From: an uncultured bacterium
GTDB taxonomy: Bacteria > Omnitrophota > Omnitrophia > Omnitrophales > Abzuiibacteriaceae
DNA: 64,000 nt
Reading direction: 5' to 3'
Assembly (NCBI GenBank): GCA_964387845.1
Contig: CAYLXA010000011.1
Span: 34,715 to 98,714 of the forward strand
Shown: one piece after another, positions 1 through 9,634 of the stretch
How the letters are laid out: every line of letters starts with the position of its first letter
Numbering within the stretch: the first letter of the stretch is position 1
The notes under the pieces: generated by a model
What the model saw: only the letters and a program-made list of their open reading frames with translations
Database searches by the model: none
What the model was told of the DNA's origin: nothing
Translations under genes and position numbers: made by a program

Positions 1-621
1 ACGCAGGCGAAGCTGTTGCGCGTTCTTCAGGAACGAGAATTTGAACGCGTCGGCGGCGTCGAAACAATCCGCATCAATGTGCGTTTGATTACGGCTACGA
101 ACCGTGATCTTGAAAAAGAAGTCAGGGAAGGGCGTTTCCGGGAAGATCTTTATTACCGTTTGAATGTGGTTCCGATCTTTATGCCGCCGCTTCGGGAGCG
201 GAAGGAGGATTTAACCCTGCTTGTGAAATATTTTCTCGAGAAGTTTAATAAAGAAAATAATAAACAAGTGAAGCATTTAAGCGAAGACGCTTGGGATCAT
301 GTGATGGGTTATTCGTGGCCGGGCAATGTCCGGGAGCTTGAGAACGCAATCGAGCGCGCGATGATCATGTGCCAAACTGATACGATTTCACGTGAACATT
401 TTCCGATTGATTTACAAGCACGCATTTCACCTATTCAGGAAATCATCAATAGCACCAATGCGGATTCTGGGCCTGATTTACTGAAAGCGGTCGAAGCGCT
501 TGAAAAGCGCATGATTATGGATGCGCTCCAAAAAACTGCGGGCAATAAGCGCAAAGCGGCGCAGACGCTGGGGATCACAGAACGAATTCTGGGCTATAAG
601 GTTAAAAATTATAATTTGTAA
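1..621 (+). CDS. sigma-54-dependent response regulator of the NtrC family; 5' truncated by the window edge, only the AAA+ C-terminal part and the Fis-type HTH are present
   Basis: The reading frame is open from position 1. Motifs are characteristic of sigma-54 enhancer-binding proteins: KLLRVLQEREFERVGG, ITATNRDL, FREDLYYRLNV. A C-terminal HTH (KRKAAQTLGITERILGYK) is present. Stop codon at 619-621. Confidence 0.85.
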   Translation, partial: TQAKLLRVLQEREFERVGGVETIRINVRLITATNRDLEKEVREGRFREDLYYRLNVVPIFMPPLRERKEDLTLLVKYFLEKFNKENNKQVKHLSEDAWDHVMGYSWPGNVRELENAIERAMIMCQTDTISREHFPIDLQARISPIQEIINSTNADSGPDLLKAVEALEKRMIMDALQKTAGNKRKAAQTLGITERILGYKVKNYNL

Positions 622-741
622 GAATCGCCCTTTTTTATCTGAAATTCTTCCTTTTATTTCCCCCTTGCTTGCAAAAGGCGTTGCAGTACAATAAGTCCTT
701 CATGTTTAATAGCCCTTCTAAATTCTAATACGAGCTTATTG

Positions 742-2469
742 ATGCAAACACTCATTAAACGTGTTGACCGCCCCAGAGAATTAAGCTGGTTTCAGGCCGG
801 CGCCATGCTGTACGGTGACTGGGGGACGAGCAAAGCCTACGTGCTCGGTATCGCATTTGCGCTTTCAGGCCACGCATCCTGGTTCTTTCTCGGGTTGATG
901 TCCGGGCTTACGGCTTTGGTGGGCGTTTGTTATATCATCATCTGCCGTATTTATCCGGACGGCGGCGGCGTTTATTCTTCCGTCAAACATCGCTCTAAGA
1001 ATTTGGCCGTGGTCGGCGCTCTTCTATTGGTGGCTGATTATGTGATTACGGCTTCACTGAGCGCGCTTGAAGCGTTTCACTATTTCAATGTACCGCACCC
1101 GGAAATTTGGGCAATTTGCGTCATTATTTGTATCGGAATTGTGAATTGGGTCGGTCCGACAAAAAGCGGAAGCGTTGCGGTCTTTATTGGCCTTACCGCA
1201 TCAATAACCGCCGGCGTTTTGTTTTTCTGTACACTTCCTTCTTTGCCGCACGTTGAGTTAAGTTGGCCGCAGGGTGATTGGTTTCAAAATTGGGCGAATT
1301 TTACGGGAATCGTTTTAGCGTTATCCGGAGTTGAAGCCGTCGCTAATATGACGGGCATCATGAAAAATCCGGTTGATCAAACAGCCAAAAAGGCCATTTG
1401 GCCGGTCTTGTTAGAAGTATCGGTATTAACTTTTTTGCTCGGTGTTGCCATGAATGCAATACCGGGACTGACGGGCCACACCGAAGATATGTTGAGAGCG
1501 CTCGGCAGTCACTTTGTGGGTCCCTGGTATGGCCAATTGATTTCCATCGTTTTCGGATTTTTGCTGCTGTCAGCAACCAATACGGCAATCGGAAGTTTGG
1601 CAAGCCTTCAATTTTCGCTCGCTAAAGACGGGGAGCTGCCGCATGTTTTTGCAAAACTAAACCGTTTCGGCATGCCGTTTGTAGGGTTGATGGTTGCAAC
1701 CGCACTTCCTGTTTTGATCCTTATCTTAGAGCATGATGTTCTGCATTTGGCCGCGCTTTACGCGATCGGTGTTGTGGGCGCGATTACGCTCAATATCGGT
1801 GCTTGTGCGACCAATTTTCAAATTCAAATCGGCAAGAAAGAAAGATTATTATTAACGATTGCTGCCATTATTCTTTTGTTGATTGAGCTGACTATTGCTT
1901 ATCAAAAACACCACGCCCTCATCTATGTTTTGAGCGTGATTGGTATCGGTTTATCTCTCCGATATCTTGCAAAACTGGTCTTGCCGGCTCCTGTGGTTGA
2001 GCAGATTCCCGAAGTTAATGTGTTAACCGTTGCCGAGGCAAAGGAAATTGCGCCGCTTTATAAAAGTTCATCGCTCGTAGCGCTTAAATCCTTAAATCCA
2101 TTATTGCTCGAAGAGGCTGCCTTAAGACTGAAAGCGCGGAAAGAAAATTCTATCTATTTAACCTACGTTGAAGAAAGTCCCGCAGGCCGTGAACTGCCGA
2201 CGGAACTTGCACCTTCGATTGAATCGATGGCACTTTTGGAGCAAGCGCAGAAGGCTTTGGAAGAGCGCGGCATTACCGCAGTTCCGATTTGGCGGTTCGG
2301 TGAAGACCCGGGTAAATTAATTGCCGATGCCGCGCGCGAGTTGAATGTCAATACGGTTATGATCGGCGCAACCCGTAGGAGCGCTCTCATTAGTCTGTTA
2401 AGAGGCGATGTGCTTCGAACTCTTGCCAAACATCTTCCCACAGGTTGTCATCTCCTCATTAGCGGATAA
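742..2469 (+). CDS. polytopic membrane transporter of the APC/KUP superfamily fused to a C-terminal universal stress protein (UspA) domain
   Basis: About 12 hydrophobic segments. The N-terminal YGDWGTSKAY motif resembles KUP/APC first-helix motifs. The C-terminal 130 aa (VMIGATRRSALISLLRGDVLRTLAKHLPTGCHLLI) is a typical USP ending. The ATG at 742 is preferred to the TTG at 739. Confidence 0.6.
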   Translation: MQTLIKRVDRPRELSWFQAGAMLYGDWGTSKAYVLGIAFALSGHASWFFLGLMSGLTALVGVCYIIICRIYPDGGGVYSSVKHRSKNLAVVGALLLVADYVITASLSALEAFHYFNVPHPEIWAICVIICIGIVNWVGPTKSGSVAVFIGLTASITAGVLFFCTLPSLPHVELSWPQGDWFQNWANFTGIVLALSGVEAVANMTGIMKNPVDQTAKKAIWPVLLEVSVLTFLLGVAMNAIPGLTGHTEDMLRALGSHFVGPWYGQLISIVFGFLLLSATNTAIGSLASLQFSLAKDGELPHVFAKLNRFGMPFVGLMVATALPVLILILEHDVLHLAALYAIGVVGAITLNIGACATNFQIQIGKKERLLLTIAAIILLLIELTIAYQKHHALIYVLSVIGIGLSLRYLAKLVLPAPVVEQIPEVNVLTVAEAKEIAPLYKSSSLVALKSLNPLLLEEAALRLKARKENSIYLTYVEESPAGRELPTELAPSIESMALLEQAQKALEERGITAVPIWRFGEDPGKLIADAARELNVNTVMIGATRRSALISLLRGDVLRTLAKHLPTGCHLLISG

Positions 2470-2601
2470 AAATTCTTCCGGCACATTTTTGTGAAAAACC
2501 GACAAAAATGTAGTTTTGAGGCTGTTTCTAGCCTGACTTTTTAGGGCCTGTCAGTTTTATTACCTCTAATATCCCGTCTTTTATTTTGAGAGCAAGCGGA
2601 T

Positions 2602-2616
2602 TGGCATGACGCTTGC
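2602..2616 (+). promoter_or_regulatory. sigma-54 (-24/-12) promoter for amtB-glnK
   Basis: TGGCATGACGCTTGCT matches TGGCAC-N5-TTGC with correct spacing. It lies ~95 nt upstream of the amtB start and downstream of an NtrC-type activator gene. Confidence 0.6.
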
Positions 2617-2712
2617 TATTCAAGCCGCTAATTGAAAGTCCGCCCTCTATCCTATTTAGAGCAAGCGCTGGCAATCAAAATCAAAAAAACCCTGATAAGG
2701 GAGGATAAAATT

Positions 2713-4095
2713 ATGGAAATCTCAGAAGTCAAAATAATGGCAGATACAATATGGGTGCTGCTGGCAGCCATGTTGGTGTTCTGGATGAATGCCGGATTCG
2801 GATTGGTGGAATCGGGCTTTGCACGCGCAAAAAACTGCGTGAACATCCTGTCGAAAAATTTCATCGTATTCGCAGTCTCCAGTATCGCGTTTTATTTCTT
2901 AGGCTGGGGCTTAATGTTCGGCGATGGCAATCCGTTTATGGGTTTGCAGGGCATTTCGATGTTGGGCGGCGCTGATAATAGCCCGGCGTCTGGAGATGCT
3001 TATCAAGGTGTTTACAGCGCAATTAGTTGGGCCACCGTTCCTTTGTTGGCAAAATTTTTCTTTCAGCTCGTGTTTGCAGGAACGGCGGCAACGATTGTTT
3101 CCGGAGCGGTAGCGGAAAGAATCAAGTATGTTTCCTTTATTGTGTTTTCATTTATTCTTGTCGGGTTAATTTATCCGATCGTCGGCCATTGGATTTGGGG
3201 CGGCGGATGGCTGGCAAGCGCAGGCATGTGGGATTTTGCAGGTTCAACGGTTGTGCACTCAGTGGGTGGCTGGGCGGCACTGGCCGGTATTTTGGTGTTA
3301 GGTCCTCGCTTTGGAAAATATGGAAAAGATGGCAAAGTTCATCCGATTCCGGGCCACAACATGAGCACCGCAACGCTTGGTGCTTTTATTCTTTGGCTCG
3401 GCTGGTTTGGATTTAATCCGGGCTCCACAATGGCAGCTGCTGTGAATGATATTGCGCGTATCTGCGTGACCACAAACAGTGCTGCGGCTGCGGCAATTTT
3501 GAGCGCAACCATCGTTTCCTGGATTTTGCTCGGAAAACCGGATCTTGGCATGACCATCAATGGTTGCTTGGCAGGTTTGGTTGCCATCACGGCACCTTGC
3601 GCATTTGTGAGTGTTAACAGCTCGCTTATTATCGGAGCACTTGCAGGTGCATTGGTGGTTGTGGCAGTTATTTTCTTTGACAAGGTTAAAATAGACGATC
3701 CCGTTGGTGCTTTGTCAGTTCATTTGGTGAACGGCGTATTTGGTACCATTTGTGTCGGCCTTTTTGCGCAAGCGGATATATTGCCGAATACCACCGGAAA
3801 CGGGTTATTTTATGGCGGCGGCGCCACACTTTTAATGGCACAATTAAAAGGCATTGCTGCAACCGGCGCGTTTGTGTTCATCGGTTCGCTCGTTGCATGG
3901 TTTATCATTAAGGCGCTCATGGGTATCCGCGTGACCTTGCATGAAGAAATCGAAGGTCTTGATATCGGCGAACATGGCAATGCGGCCTATCCGGAATTTG
4001 CGGGCAGAAAGCAAAGCTACACTTTTCTCGGGCTTGGCAACCGCAGTGAATTGACGTCGGAAGCTGAGAAAAAAGAAGAGTACGCAAAAGTTTAA
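2713..4095 (+). CDS. amtB: ammonium transporter (Amt family)
   Basis: GGAGG Shine-Dalgarno 8 nt upstream of the ATG at 2713. About 11 TM helices. Strong similarity to Amt/MEP proteins (AGFGLVESG, HWIWGGGWL, GFNPGS). The longer TTG ORF starting at 2632 is rejected. Confidence 0.9.
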   Translation: MEISEVKIMADTIWVLLAAMLVFWMNAGFGLVESGFARAKNCVNILSKNFIVFAVSSIAFYFLGWGLMFGDGNPFMGLQGISMLGGADNSPASGDAYQGVYSAISWATVPLLAKFFFQLVFAGTAATIVSGAVAERIKYVSFIVFSFILVGLIYPIVGHWIWGGGWLASAGMWDFAGSTVVHSVGGWAALAGILVLGPRFGKYGKDGKVHPIPGHNMSTATLGAFILWLGWFGFNPGSTMAAAVNDIARICVTTNSAAAAAILSATIVSWILLGKPDLGMTINGCLAGLVAITAPCAFVSVNSSLIIGALAGALVVVAVIFFDKVKIDDPVGALSVHLVNGVFGTICVGLFAQADILPNTTGNGLFYGGGATLLMAQLKGIAATGAFVFIGSLVAWFIIKALMGIRVTLHEEIEGLDIGEHGNAAYPEFAGRKQSYTFLGLGNRSELTSEAEKKEEYAKV

Positions 4096-4137
4096 GCGCA
4101 TATTCGCACCATAAACTTCTTAAAGAAAGGAACGAAA

Positions 4138-4479
4138 ATGAAAAAGATTGAAGCAATAATTCGGCCCGAAAGGCTGGAAGAAGTGGTCGAGGCGCTTGAG
4201 CGCGCAGGATATCCCGGTATCATGATTACCGAGATCGAAGGCCATGGGCTCCAGAAGGGCGTACGCCAGCAATGGCGCGGTGAAGAGTTTCAGGTTAACT
4301 TTCTGCCGAAAGTGAAGGTCGAGATCGTCGCCAATGAAAAAGAAGTGGATAGTATTGTTGACGCGATCATTCGGTCGGCCTCTACAGGCGGAGTCGGTGA
4401 TGGGAAGATATTTGTTTCCAACGTTGATGAAGCGATCCGGATCCGCACGAAAGAACGCGGCGTCAAGGCGCTCAGTTAA
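4138..4479 (+). CDS. glnK: nitrogen regulatory protein P-II
   Basis: 112-aa P-II protein (MKKIEAIIRPERLEEV..., T-loop RGEEF). Located immediately downstream of amtB, the classic amtB-glnK pair. Confidence 0.9.
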   Translation: MKKIEAIIRPERLEEVVEALERAGYPGIMITEIEGHGLQKGVRQQWRGEEFQVNFLPKVKVEIVANEKEVDSIVDAIIRSASTGGVGDGKIFVSNVDEAIRIRTKERGVKALS

Positions 4480-4505
4480 TTCGGTTAACTGAAGTTACAA
4501 AATTT

Positions 4506-4540
4506 AGGGGCAGTCCTTCGGGGCTGCCCCTATTTTTTTC
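4506..4540. terminator. bidirectional rho-independent terminator shared by convergent glnK (+) and lpxB (-)
   Basis: AGGGGCAGTCC-TTCG-GGGCTGCCCCT: a GC-rich 10-bp stem, followed by TATTTTTTT on the + strand and an A/T run on the other strand. Confidence 0.7.
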
Positions 4541-4541
4541 T

Positions 4542-5684
4542 TTAGAGGTTGTTGAGGATGGCTAGGGCCGCTCGCTCGGCAGCGCCTGAAGGCCCGATGT
4601 TGTTTCGGATTTCTTCCAAGTCGCGGATTATGCGGCTTCTTGATTCTGGATTCTGGATTAAATCCAAAATTGCTTTTGAGATTGCCGCAGGTTTTGCGTC
4701 ATGCTGGATGAATTCCTGGATAATTTTCCGGCCCGCTGCGACATTGGCGAGGCCGATGTAGGGGATTTGAATCAGCATTCGCCCCAATAGGTAAGTCGTC
4801 CAATGCGTCTTATAAAGAATCACAAAAGGCGTGAGTGTCAGTGCCGTTTCAAGTGTAGCAGTTCCGGATGTGACAATTGCGGCATCGGAGGCGTGCAGCA
4901 TGGGTTCTACCGCCTTGCCGCGTATCCGCTTAATCGATAGCATAGGCTCGTAATTTTTGAGAATTGAATCGTAGATTTCGAGGCCTACATTTTCACTTTC
5001 AGGAAGTAGAAACGAAACCGATTTGGTTTCTTGTGAAATAAGCCGGGCAGATTCCAGAATGACGGGCAAAATCCTTTCGATTTCTGTTTTGCGTGAGCCG
5101 GGCAGAAGTGCAATCACTTTTTCGGCGTTTTCCACGCCGAATTCTTTCTTTAACGCCTCTTTTGATTTTGTAACCGGCGCGCGCTCTGCGAGCGGATGGC
5201 CCACCCAAGTGACGGGAACGCCGGCTTCCTGATACATTTTCTCTTCGAAATGAAATAAAACAAGCATCCGGTCGACCGTTTCCTTGATGAGATGAATCCG
5301 GTGCTTGGCCCAAGCCCAAAGCTGCGGTGAGACATAATAAAAAGTTTTGATCCGCCGGTTGATTTGTTTTGCAAAGCGCAGATTGAAGCCGGGGTAATCA
5401 ATCAGGATGAGGCAGTCGGGCTTTAACTTCAAAACATGCTGCAGTGTGGCATAGAAAATTTTCCGGATTTTGAAATATTTAGCCAGCACGTCGCCAAATC
5501 CGATGGCAGCCAGCGCGCAAAGGTCATCAAAGAGCTTGACGCCCTCGGCTTCCATTAATTTTCCGCCGAGGCCTTCAAATTTTAAACCGGGATTTTGCTT
5601 TTTAAGCGCACGGACAAGCTCGGCACCGCGTTGGTCGCCTGAAGGTTCCCCCGCGATGAGAAAAATGGTCTTAGATTCAGGCAT
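4542..5684 (-). CDS. lpxB: lipid-A-disaccharide synthase
   Basis: N-terminal IFLIAGEPSGDQRGAELVRAL and overall GT19 similarity. The start is set at the internal ATG (MPESKTIF...) to give a typical ~380 aa length and an 8-nt overlap with the upstream gene. Confidence 0.85.
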   Translation of the reverse strand: MPESKTIFLIAGEPSGDQRGAELVRALKKQNPGLKFEGLGGKLMEAEGVKLFDDLCALAAIGFGDVLAKYFKIRKIFYATLQHVLKLKPDCLILIDYPGFNLRFAKQINRRIKTFYYVSPQLWAWAKHRIHLIKETVDRMLVLFHFEEKMYQEAGVPVTWVGHPLAERAPVTKSKEALKKEFGVENAEKVIALLPGSRKTEIERILPVILESARLISQETKSVSFLLPESENVGLEIYDSILKNYEPMLSIKRIRGKAVEPMLHASDAAIVTSGTATLETALTLTPFVILYKTHWTTYLLGRMLIQIPYIGLANVAAGRKIIQEFIQHDAKPAAISKAILDLIQNPESRSRIIRDLEEIRNNIGPSGAAERAALAILNNL

Positions 5685-6621
5685 TGGAGTACTTTGGGGA
5701 ATTTTTTTTGATATCGTCAACGATCTGAAGCCCGATTTTGAGCGCATCGCGGGCTTCCACATCAACTTTTCCGTCGGTTTTTCCGGAGAGAACCGCCTGG
5801 ACAAAACTTTCGAGTTCGGCTTTGAGCGGTTCGCCTTTTTGGATTTCCAATTTTTCGCTCGTGATGCCCAAGATTCCTTTTTTAAAGATCTGGGCGGTTT
5901 GCGCTTGATAATCGAGAGAGATGTAAGCGTCTTCCTGAAAGATCCGGATTTTGCGCTGTTTGTCGGGCGTTAGGCGCGAGGCCGTTAAATCAGCAACAGT
6001 GCCGTTTTTGAACCGGATTCGCACATTGGCGATGTCTTCGTGCGGCGTGAGCACATTGATGCCGACACAGTCCATGAACGCAATTTCGGATTTGACGAGC
6101 TGAAGCACGATATCGATATCGTGAATCATCATGTCGAGCACAACGCCGCAGTCTTTGACACGGTCGGTGAAAGCGCTTAGGCGGTGAATTTCGAGGAAAC
6201 GGATGTTTCTTGCAATTTTTTGAATTTTTTGAAGCCCGGCGTTGTGCCGTTCTACGTGACCGACTTGGAGAACGAGTTTCTTTTGCTTTGCGATTTCAAT
6301 TAATTCATCCGCTTCACCCAGTTCAAGCGTGATTGGTTTCTCGATCAAGACATGCGTCCCGGCTTCCATAAAAGGTTTTGCTACTTCATAGTGGTAAGCG
6401 GTCGGTACGACAACGCTGACGGCGTCGACTTTTCCGATCAAATGGCGGAAATCGGTCGTAAATTGTGTTCCAAGCTCCCTGGCTTTTTCTTCTTTGGATT
6501 TATCGCGGTCGCAAAGAGCAATCAAGTCAACATTGGGAAGGGAGGCGTAAATCCGGGCGTGTTCTTTGCCCAGATGCCCGATTCCGATAACAGCAACTTT
6601 CAATTTTTTACCTGTATTCAT
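5677..6621 (-). CDS. Gfo/Idh/MocA family NAD(P)-dependent oxidoreductase, possibly a GnnA-like UDP-GlcNAc 3-dehydrogenase
   Basis: N-terminal Rossmann motif KVAVIGIGHLGKEHARIY and a C-terminal GFO_IDH_MocA alpha/beta domain. Co-transcribed with lpxB. Confidence 0.75.
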   Translation of the reverse strand: MNTGKKLKVAVIGIGHLGKEHARIYASLPNVDLIALCDRDKSKEEKARELGTQFTTDFRHLIGKVDAVSVVVPTAYHYEVAKPFMEAGTHVLIEKPITLELGEADELIEIAKQKKLVLQVGHVERHNAGLQKIQKIARNIRFLEIHRLSAFTDRVKDCGVVLDMMIHDIDIVLQLVKSEIAFMDCVGINVLTPHEDIANVRIRFKNGTVADLTASRLTPDKQRKIRIFQEDAYISLDYQAQTAQIFKKGILGITSEKLEIQKGEPLKAELESFVQAVLSGKTDGKVDVEARDALKIGLQIVDDIKKNSPKYSNA

Positions 6622-6681
6622 AACCGAGTCGGCATTTTATCAGACGGGGCTTGAAAAGCAAATTGATAAAGTTTGCCGCAA

Positions 6682-6710
6682 TTGACTTTCGTTTTTGAAT
6701 TGGTTAGTAT
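6682..6710 (+). promoter_or_regulatory. sigma-70 type promoter for the msbA-like gene
   Basis: TTGACT, a 17-nt spacer, then TAGTAT. It lies about 50 nt upstream of the ATG at 6763, in a divergent intergenic region. Confidence 0.5.
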
Positions 6711-6762
6711 GGCTCGTTTTCTCTAAAATGTGATGTGACCTTCATTTAGAAAGTTTTAGGAT

Positions 6763-8517
6763 ATGGGCGTCTATAAGCGGCTTTTAGGATATGTTTACCC
6801 GCACCGGCACAGGCTGGCGATGGCTGTGGTGTGCATGTTTTTCCTTTCTATATCGCAGGTACTGGTTTCGGCCGTGCTTTATATCGTCGTTAACGGCTTT
6901 TACAACGAAGGTTACGTTATTATAGAAAATATTCCCCACGCGCCGGATTTTGTGCAAGGAATCCGGTTTCCGGTCACCTGGATTCCCATTATAGTTGTCG
7001 GCGTCTTTTTATTTCGCGGTGTTTTTGATTACGCCTCCAATTACCAGATGGCAGCTGTTGGTATCCGCGCAATCCGGAAAGTGCGCGATGATTTGTATGA
7101 AAGGCTGGTTCATCTGTCGCTTGATTTTTATTCGCGCGGGCGTACCGGCGAATTGATGAGCCGCATCTTAAACGACGTCGGATTTATCCAGGGCGGTATT
7201 ACGGATGTGCTGGTCGACCTTGTCAAACAACCCTTCGTTATTTTGTTCAACATCCCCATGATTTTCATTTGGGGCGGGCCGGTTGCGATCGCGGCAGTTT
7301 TGGTATTTCCGATTGTGGTGATTCCGATTGCCGCACTCGGTAAGCAGCTGCGCGGACTGACGCGGAAAATGCAGGAACGCACCGCCGATATTTCATCGAT
7401 GCTCGAAGAAACTTTTACCGGCATCCGAATCGTCAAAGCGTTTAACATGGAACAGCGGGAAATCGAAAAATTCAAAGGCGTTAACCGCAGCGTTTTCGAG
7501 TTTTTCAAAAAAACAATTCGTGTGACCGTGATTCAGCGCCCGATCATCGAAGTGTTTGCCGCAATCGGTGCCGGCACGGCAATTTGGTTTGGCTATCAAC
7601 ATTTGACCCCTGACCGTTTCGTAGCGCTCATCGGATCGCTTTTTATTTTCTACGAGCCGTTTAAAAAACTGAGCAAGGTCAATAGCACGATTCAACAATC
7701 TATTGCGGCCGGAAACCGGATTTTTGAAGTGATGGATCAAGTGCCTTCCGTGCAGAGCAAGCCCAATGCGGCGAAACTCGCGGCGCCGATTCAATCGGTT
7801 TTGTTCGACAACGTTCATCTTTCCTATGAAACCGGCAGTGAAATATTGAGCGGCATCTCAATCGAAGTGAAAGCAGATCAAGTTTTGGCGATCGTGGGTC
7901 CGAGCGGTTCCGGGAAAACTTCCTTGGTGAATATGATTCCGCGTTTTTATGATCCGACCAAAGGAAGCATCAAGATCAACGGGATTGATATCCGTGATTG
8001 TGAATTGAAATCACTCCGTGAACAAATCGGCATTGTGTCGCAAGAAACTGTTTTGTTTAACACAACGGTCATGGAAAACATTGCTTACGGAAAACCTTCC
8101 GCAACTTTAGAGCAGGTGATTGAAGCCGCTAAAGCTGCGTTTGCTGACGAATTTATACGAGCACTGCCGAATGGATACGGAACGATCGTGGGCGAAAAGG
8201 GCGTCAAGCTTTCCGGCGGTCAGCGTCAACGGCTTTCGATTGCGCGCGCGCTTCTCAAAAATCCGCCTATTTTAATTTTGGACGAAGCTACGTCACAGCT
8301 GGATACTGAAAGCGAAAGACAGGTTCAGGCCGCGATTGACCGCCTGATGCAGGGAAGGACCGTTTTTGTGATTGCGCACCGGCTTTCGACCATTCAGAGC
8401 GCAGACCGGATTATTGTATTGGAACGGGGAAAGATTGTGCAGTCCGGAACAAACGACCGGTTGCTGCAAGAAGAAGGTCCCTACAAACGCCTTTACAACC
8501 TACAGTTTAATATTTAG
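6763..8517 (+). CDS. msbA: ABC transporter, fused permease/ATPase; MsbA-like lipid A/lipid flippase
   Basis: Six N-terminal TM helices plus an ABC ATPase domain (Walker A GPSGSGKTS, signature LSGGQRQRLSIARA, Walker B ILILDEAT). Genomic context with lpxB. Confidence 0.8.
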   Translation: MGVYKRLLGYVYPHRHRLAMAVVCMFFLSISQVLVSAVLYIVVNGFYNEGYVIIENIPHAPDFVQGIRFPVTWIPIIVVGVFLFRGVFDYASNYQMAAVGIRAIRKVRDDLYERLVHLSLDFYSRGRTGELMSRILNDVGFIQGGITDVLVDLVKQPFVILFNIPMIFIWGGPVAIAAVLVFPIVVIPIAALGKQLRGLTRKMQERTADISSMLEETFTGIRIVKAFNMEQREIEKFKGVNRSVFEFFKKTIRVTVIQRPIIEVFAAIGAGTAIWFGYQHLTPDRFVALIGSLFIFYEPFKKLSKVNSTIQQSIAAGNRIFEVMDQVPSVQSKPNAAKLAAPIQSVLFDNVHLSYETGSEILSGISIEVKADQVLAIVGPSGSGKTSLVNMIPRFYDPTKGSIKINGIDIRDCELKSLREQIGIVSQETVLFNTTVMENIAYGKPSATLEQVIEAAKAAFADEFIRALPNGYGTIVGEKGVKLSGGQRQRLSIARALLKNPPILILDEATSQLDTESERQVQAAIDRLMQGRTVFVIAHRLSTIQSADRIIVLERGKIVQSGTNDRLLQEEGPYKRLYNLQFNI

Positions 8518-8563
8518 CCTCAGTTTTCTTTGTTTTTATCTGTAAATAAGCTATAAATCCTGC

Positions 8564-8592
8564 TTGCTCCCATCAGGCGATATTGATATAAT
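8564..8592 (+). promoter_or_regulatory. sigma-70 type promoter of the rpsB-tsf operon
   Basis: TTGCTC, a 17-nt spacer, then TATAAT. About 175 nt upstream of rpsB, leaving a long structured leader. Confidence 0.45.
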
Positions 8593-8767
8593 TTCCTACT
8601 TTTTGGTTTCCCGCTCGTTCCGCAGGTCTTCATGTTTCACGACAACATGAAGGGCTTGAAAGTGAAGATGCGACAGGCGATTGTCCCGCCTATTTTTCCT
8701 GAAAAACAATCATTGGATTGAGCAGGTTGTAAAAAATAGTTTGTTCACTAGGAGGTTTATTTTGTCA

Positions 8768-9622
8768 ATGTCAGTAACTTTGAAGCAATTGTTGGAAGCA
8801 GGCGTTCATTTTGGCCATCAAACGCGCCGGTGGAATCCCAAAATGGCGAAGTATATTTTTGGCGAGAAGAACGGAATTTATATCATCAATCTCGAGAAAA
8901 CGCTCACAGCGCTTCAGTCTGCCTGCGAATATGTGAAGCAGGCGGTTTCGCGCGGCGAAGTGATTCTCTTTGTCGGTACCAAAAAGCAGGCGCAGGAATC
9001 CATCCGCACCGCAGCCGACGAGCTGCAAATGCCTTACGTCAATCAACGCTGGCTGGGCGGCATGCTGACCAACTATGAAACAATCCGCAAAAGTCTCCAC
9101 AAGCTTGATGAAATCGATACGATGGAAAGAGAAGGCACCTATCAATTTCTTGCCAAGAAAGAAGTGAACCGGATCAAGAAAAAAGGCGAGAAGCTCAACA
9201 AGGTGCTTTCCGGAATCCGCAACATGAAGCGTTTGCCTGGCGCCGTTTTCATTATTGATCCCACAAAAGAAGAAATCGCAGTCCAAGAAGCCCGCAAGCT
9301 GGGCATTCCGATCGTTGCATTGATCGATACCAATTGCGATCCGGATTTGATCAATCATCCGATTCCAGGCAATGACGATGCGATCCGCTCCATCAAGCTG
9401 ATTGTCGAAGCTGTGAAGCAAAGCGTGATTGAAGGCCGTAACGAACATCAACGCATTGCCGACGAAAAGGCACTTGCCGAAGCGGCCGAGACCGCTAAGC
9501 AGATGCAAGAATCCAGCGAAGAAGCTCAGGAAGAAATCTTGGAAATTGCAGATGAAGTTGTCGCAAAATTAGATGATGAAGACAAACCCCGCGCCAAGAA
9601 AGCGCGCGTTAAAAGCGATTAA
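8768..9622 (+). CDS. rpsB: 30S ribosomal protein S2
   Basis: Start at ATG 8768, preceded by [26 protein letters not shown] is the canonical S2 N-terminus. Acidic C-terminal tail. Confidence 0.9.
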   Translation: MSVTLKQLLEAGVHFGHQTRRWNPKMAKYIFGEKNGIYIINLEKTLTALQSACEYVKQAVSRGEVILFVGTKKQAQESIRTAADELQMPYVNQRWLGGMLTNYETIRKSLHKLDEIDTMEREGTYQFLAKKEVNRIKKKGEKLNKVLSGIRNMKRLPGAVFIIDPTKEEIAVQEARKLGIPIVALIDTNCDPDLINHPIPGNDDAIRSIKLIVEAVKQSVIEGRNEHQRIADEKALAEAAETAKQMQESSEEAQEEILEIADEVVAKLDDEDKPRAKKARVKSD

Positions 9623-9634
9623 GGAATTTAGATC

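Noticed and set aside
739-741. TTG alternative start codons given by the ORF track: 739, 2632, 8681, 14539, 18126 (GTG), 20702, 24594, 39017
   Set aside because: In each case a downstream ATG with a better ribosome-binding site, or better alignment to the expected protein N-terminus, was chosen. TTG/GTG starts were retained only where the N-terminus and Shine-Dalgarno sequence supported them: pyrG, leuA, the lpxL fusion and the RHS gene.
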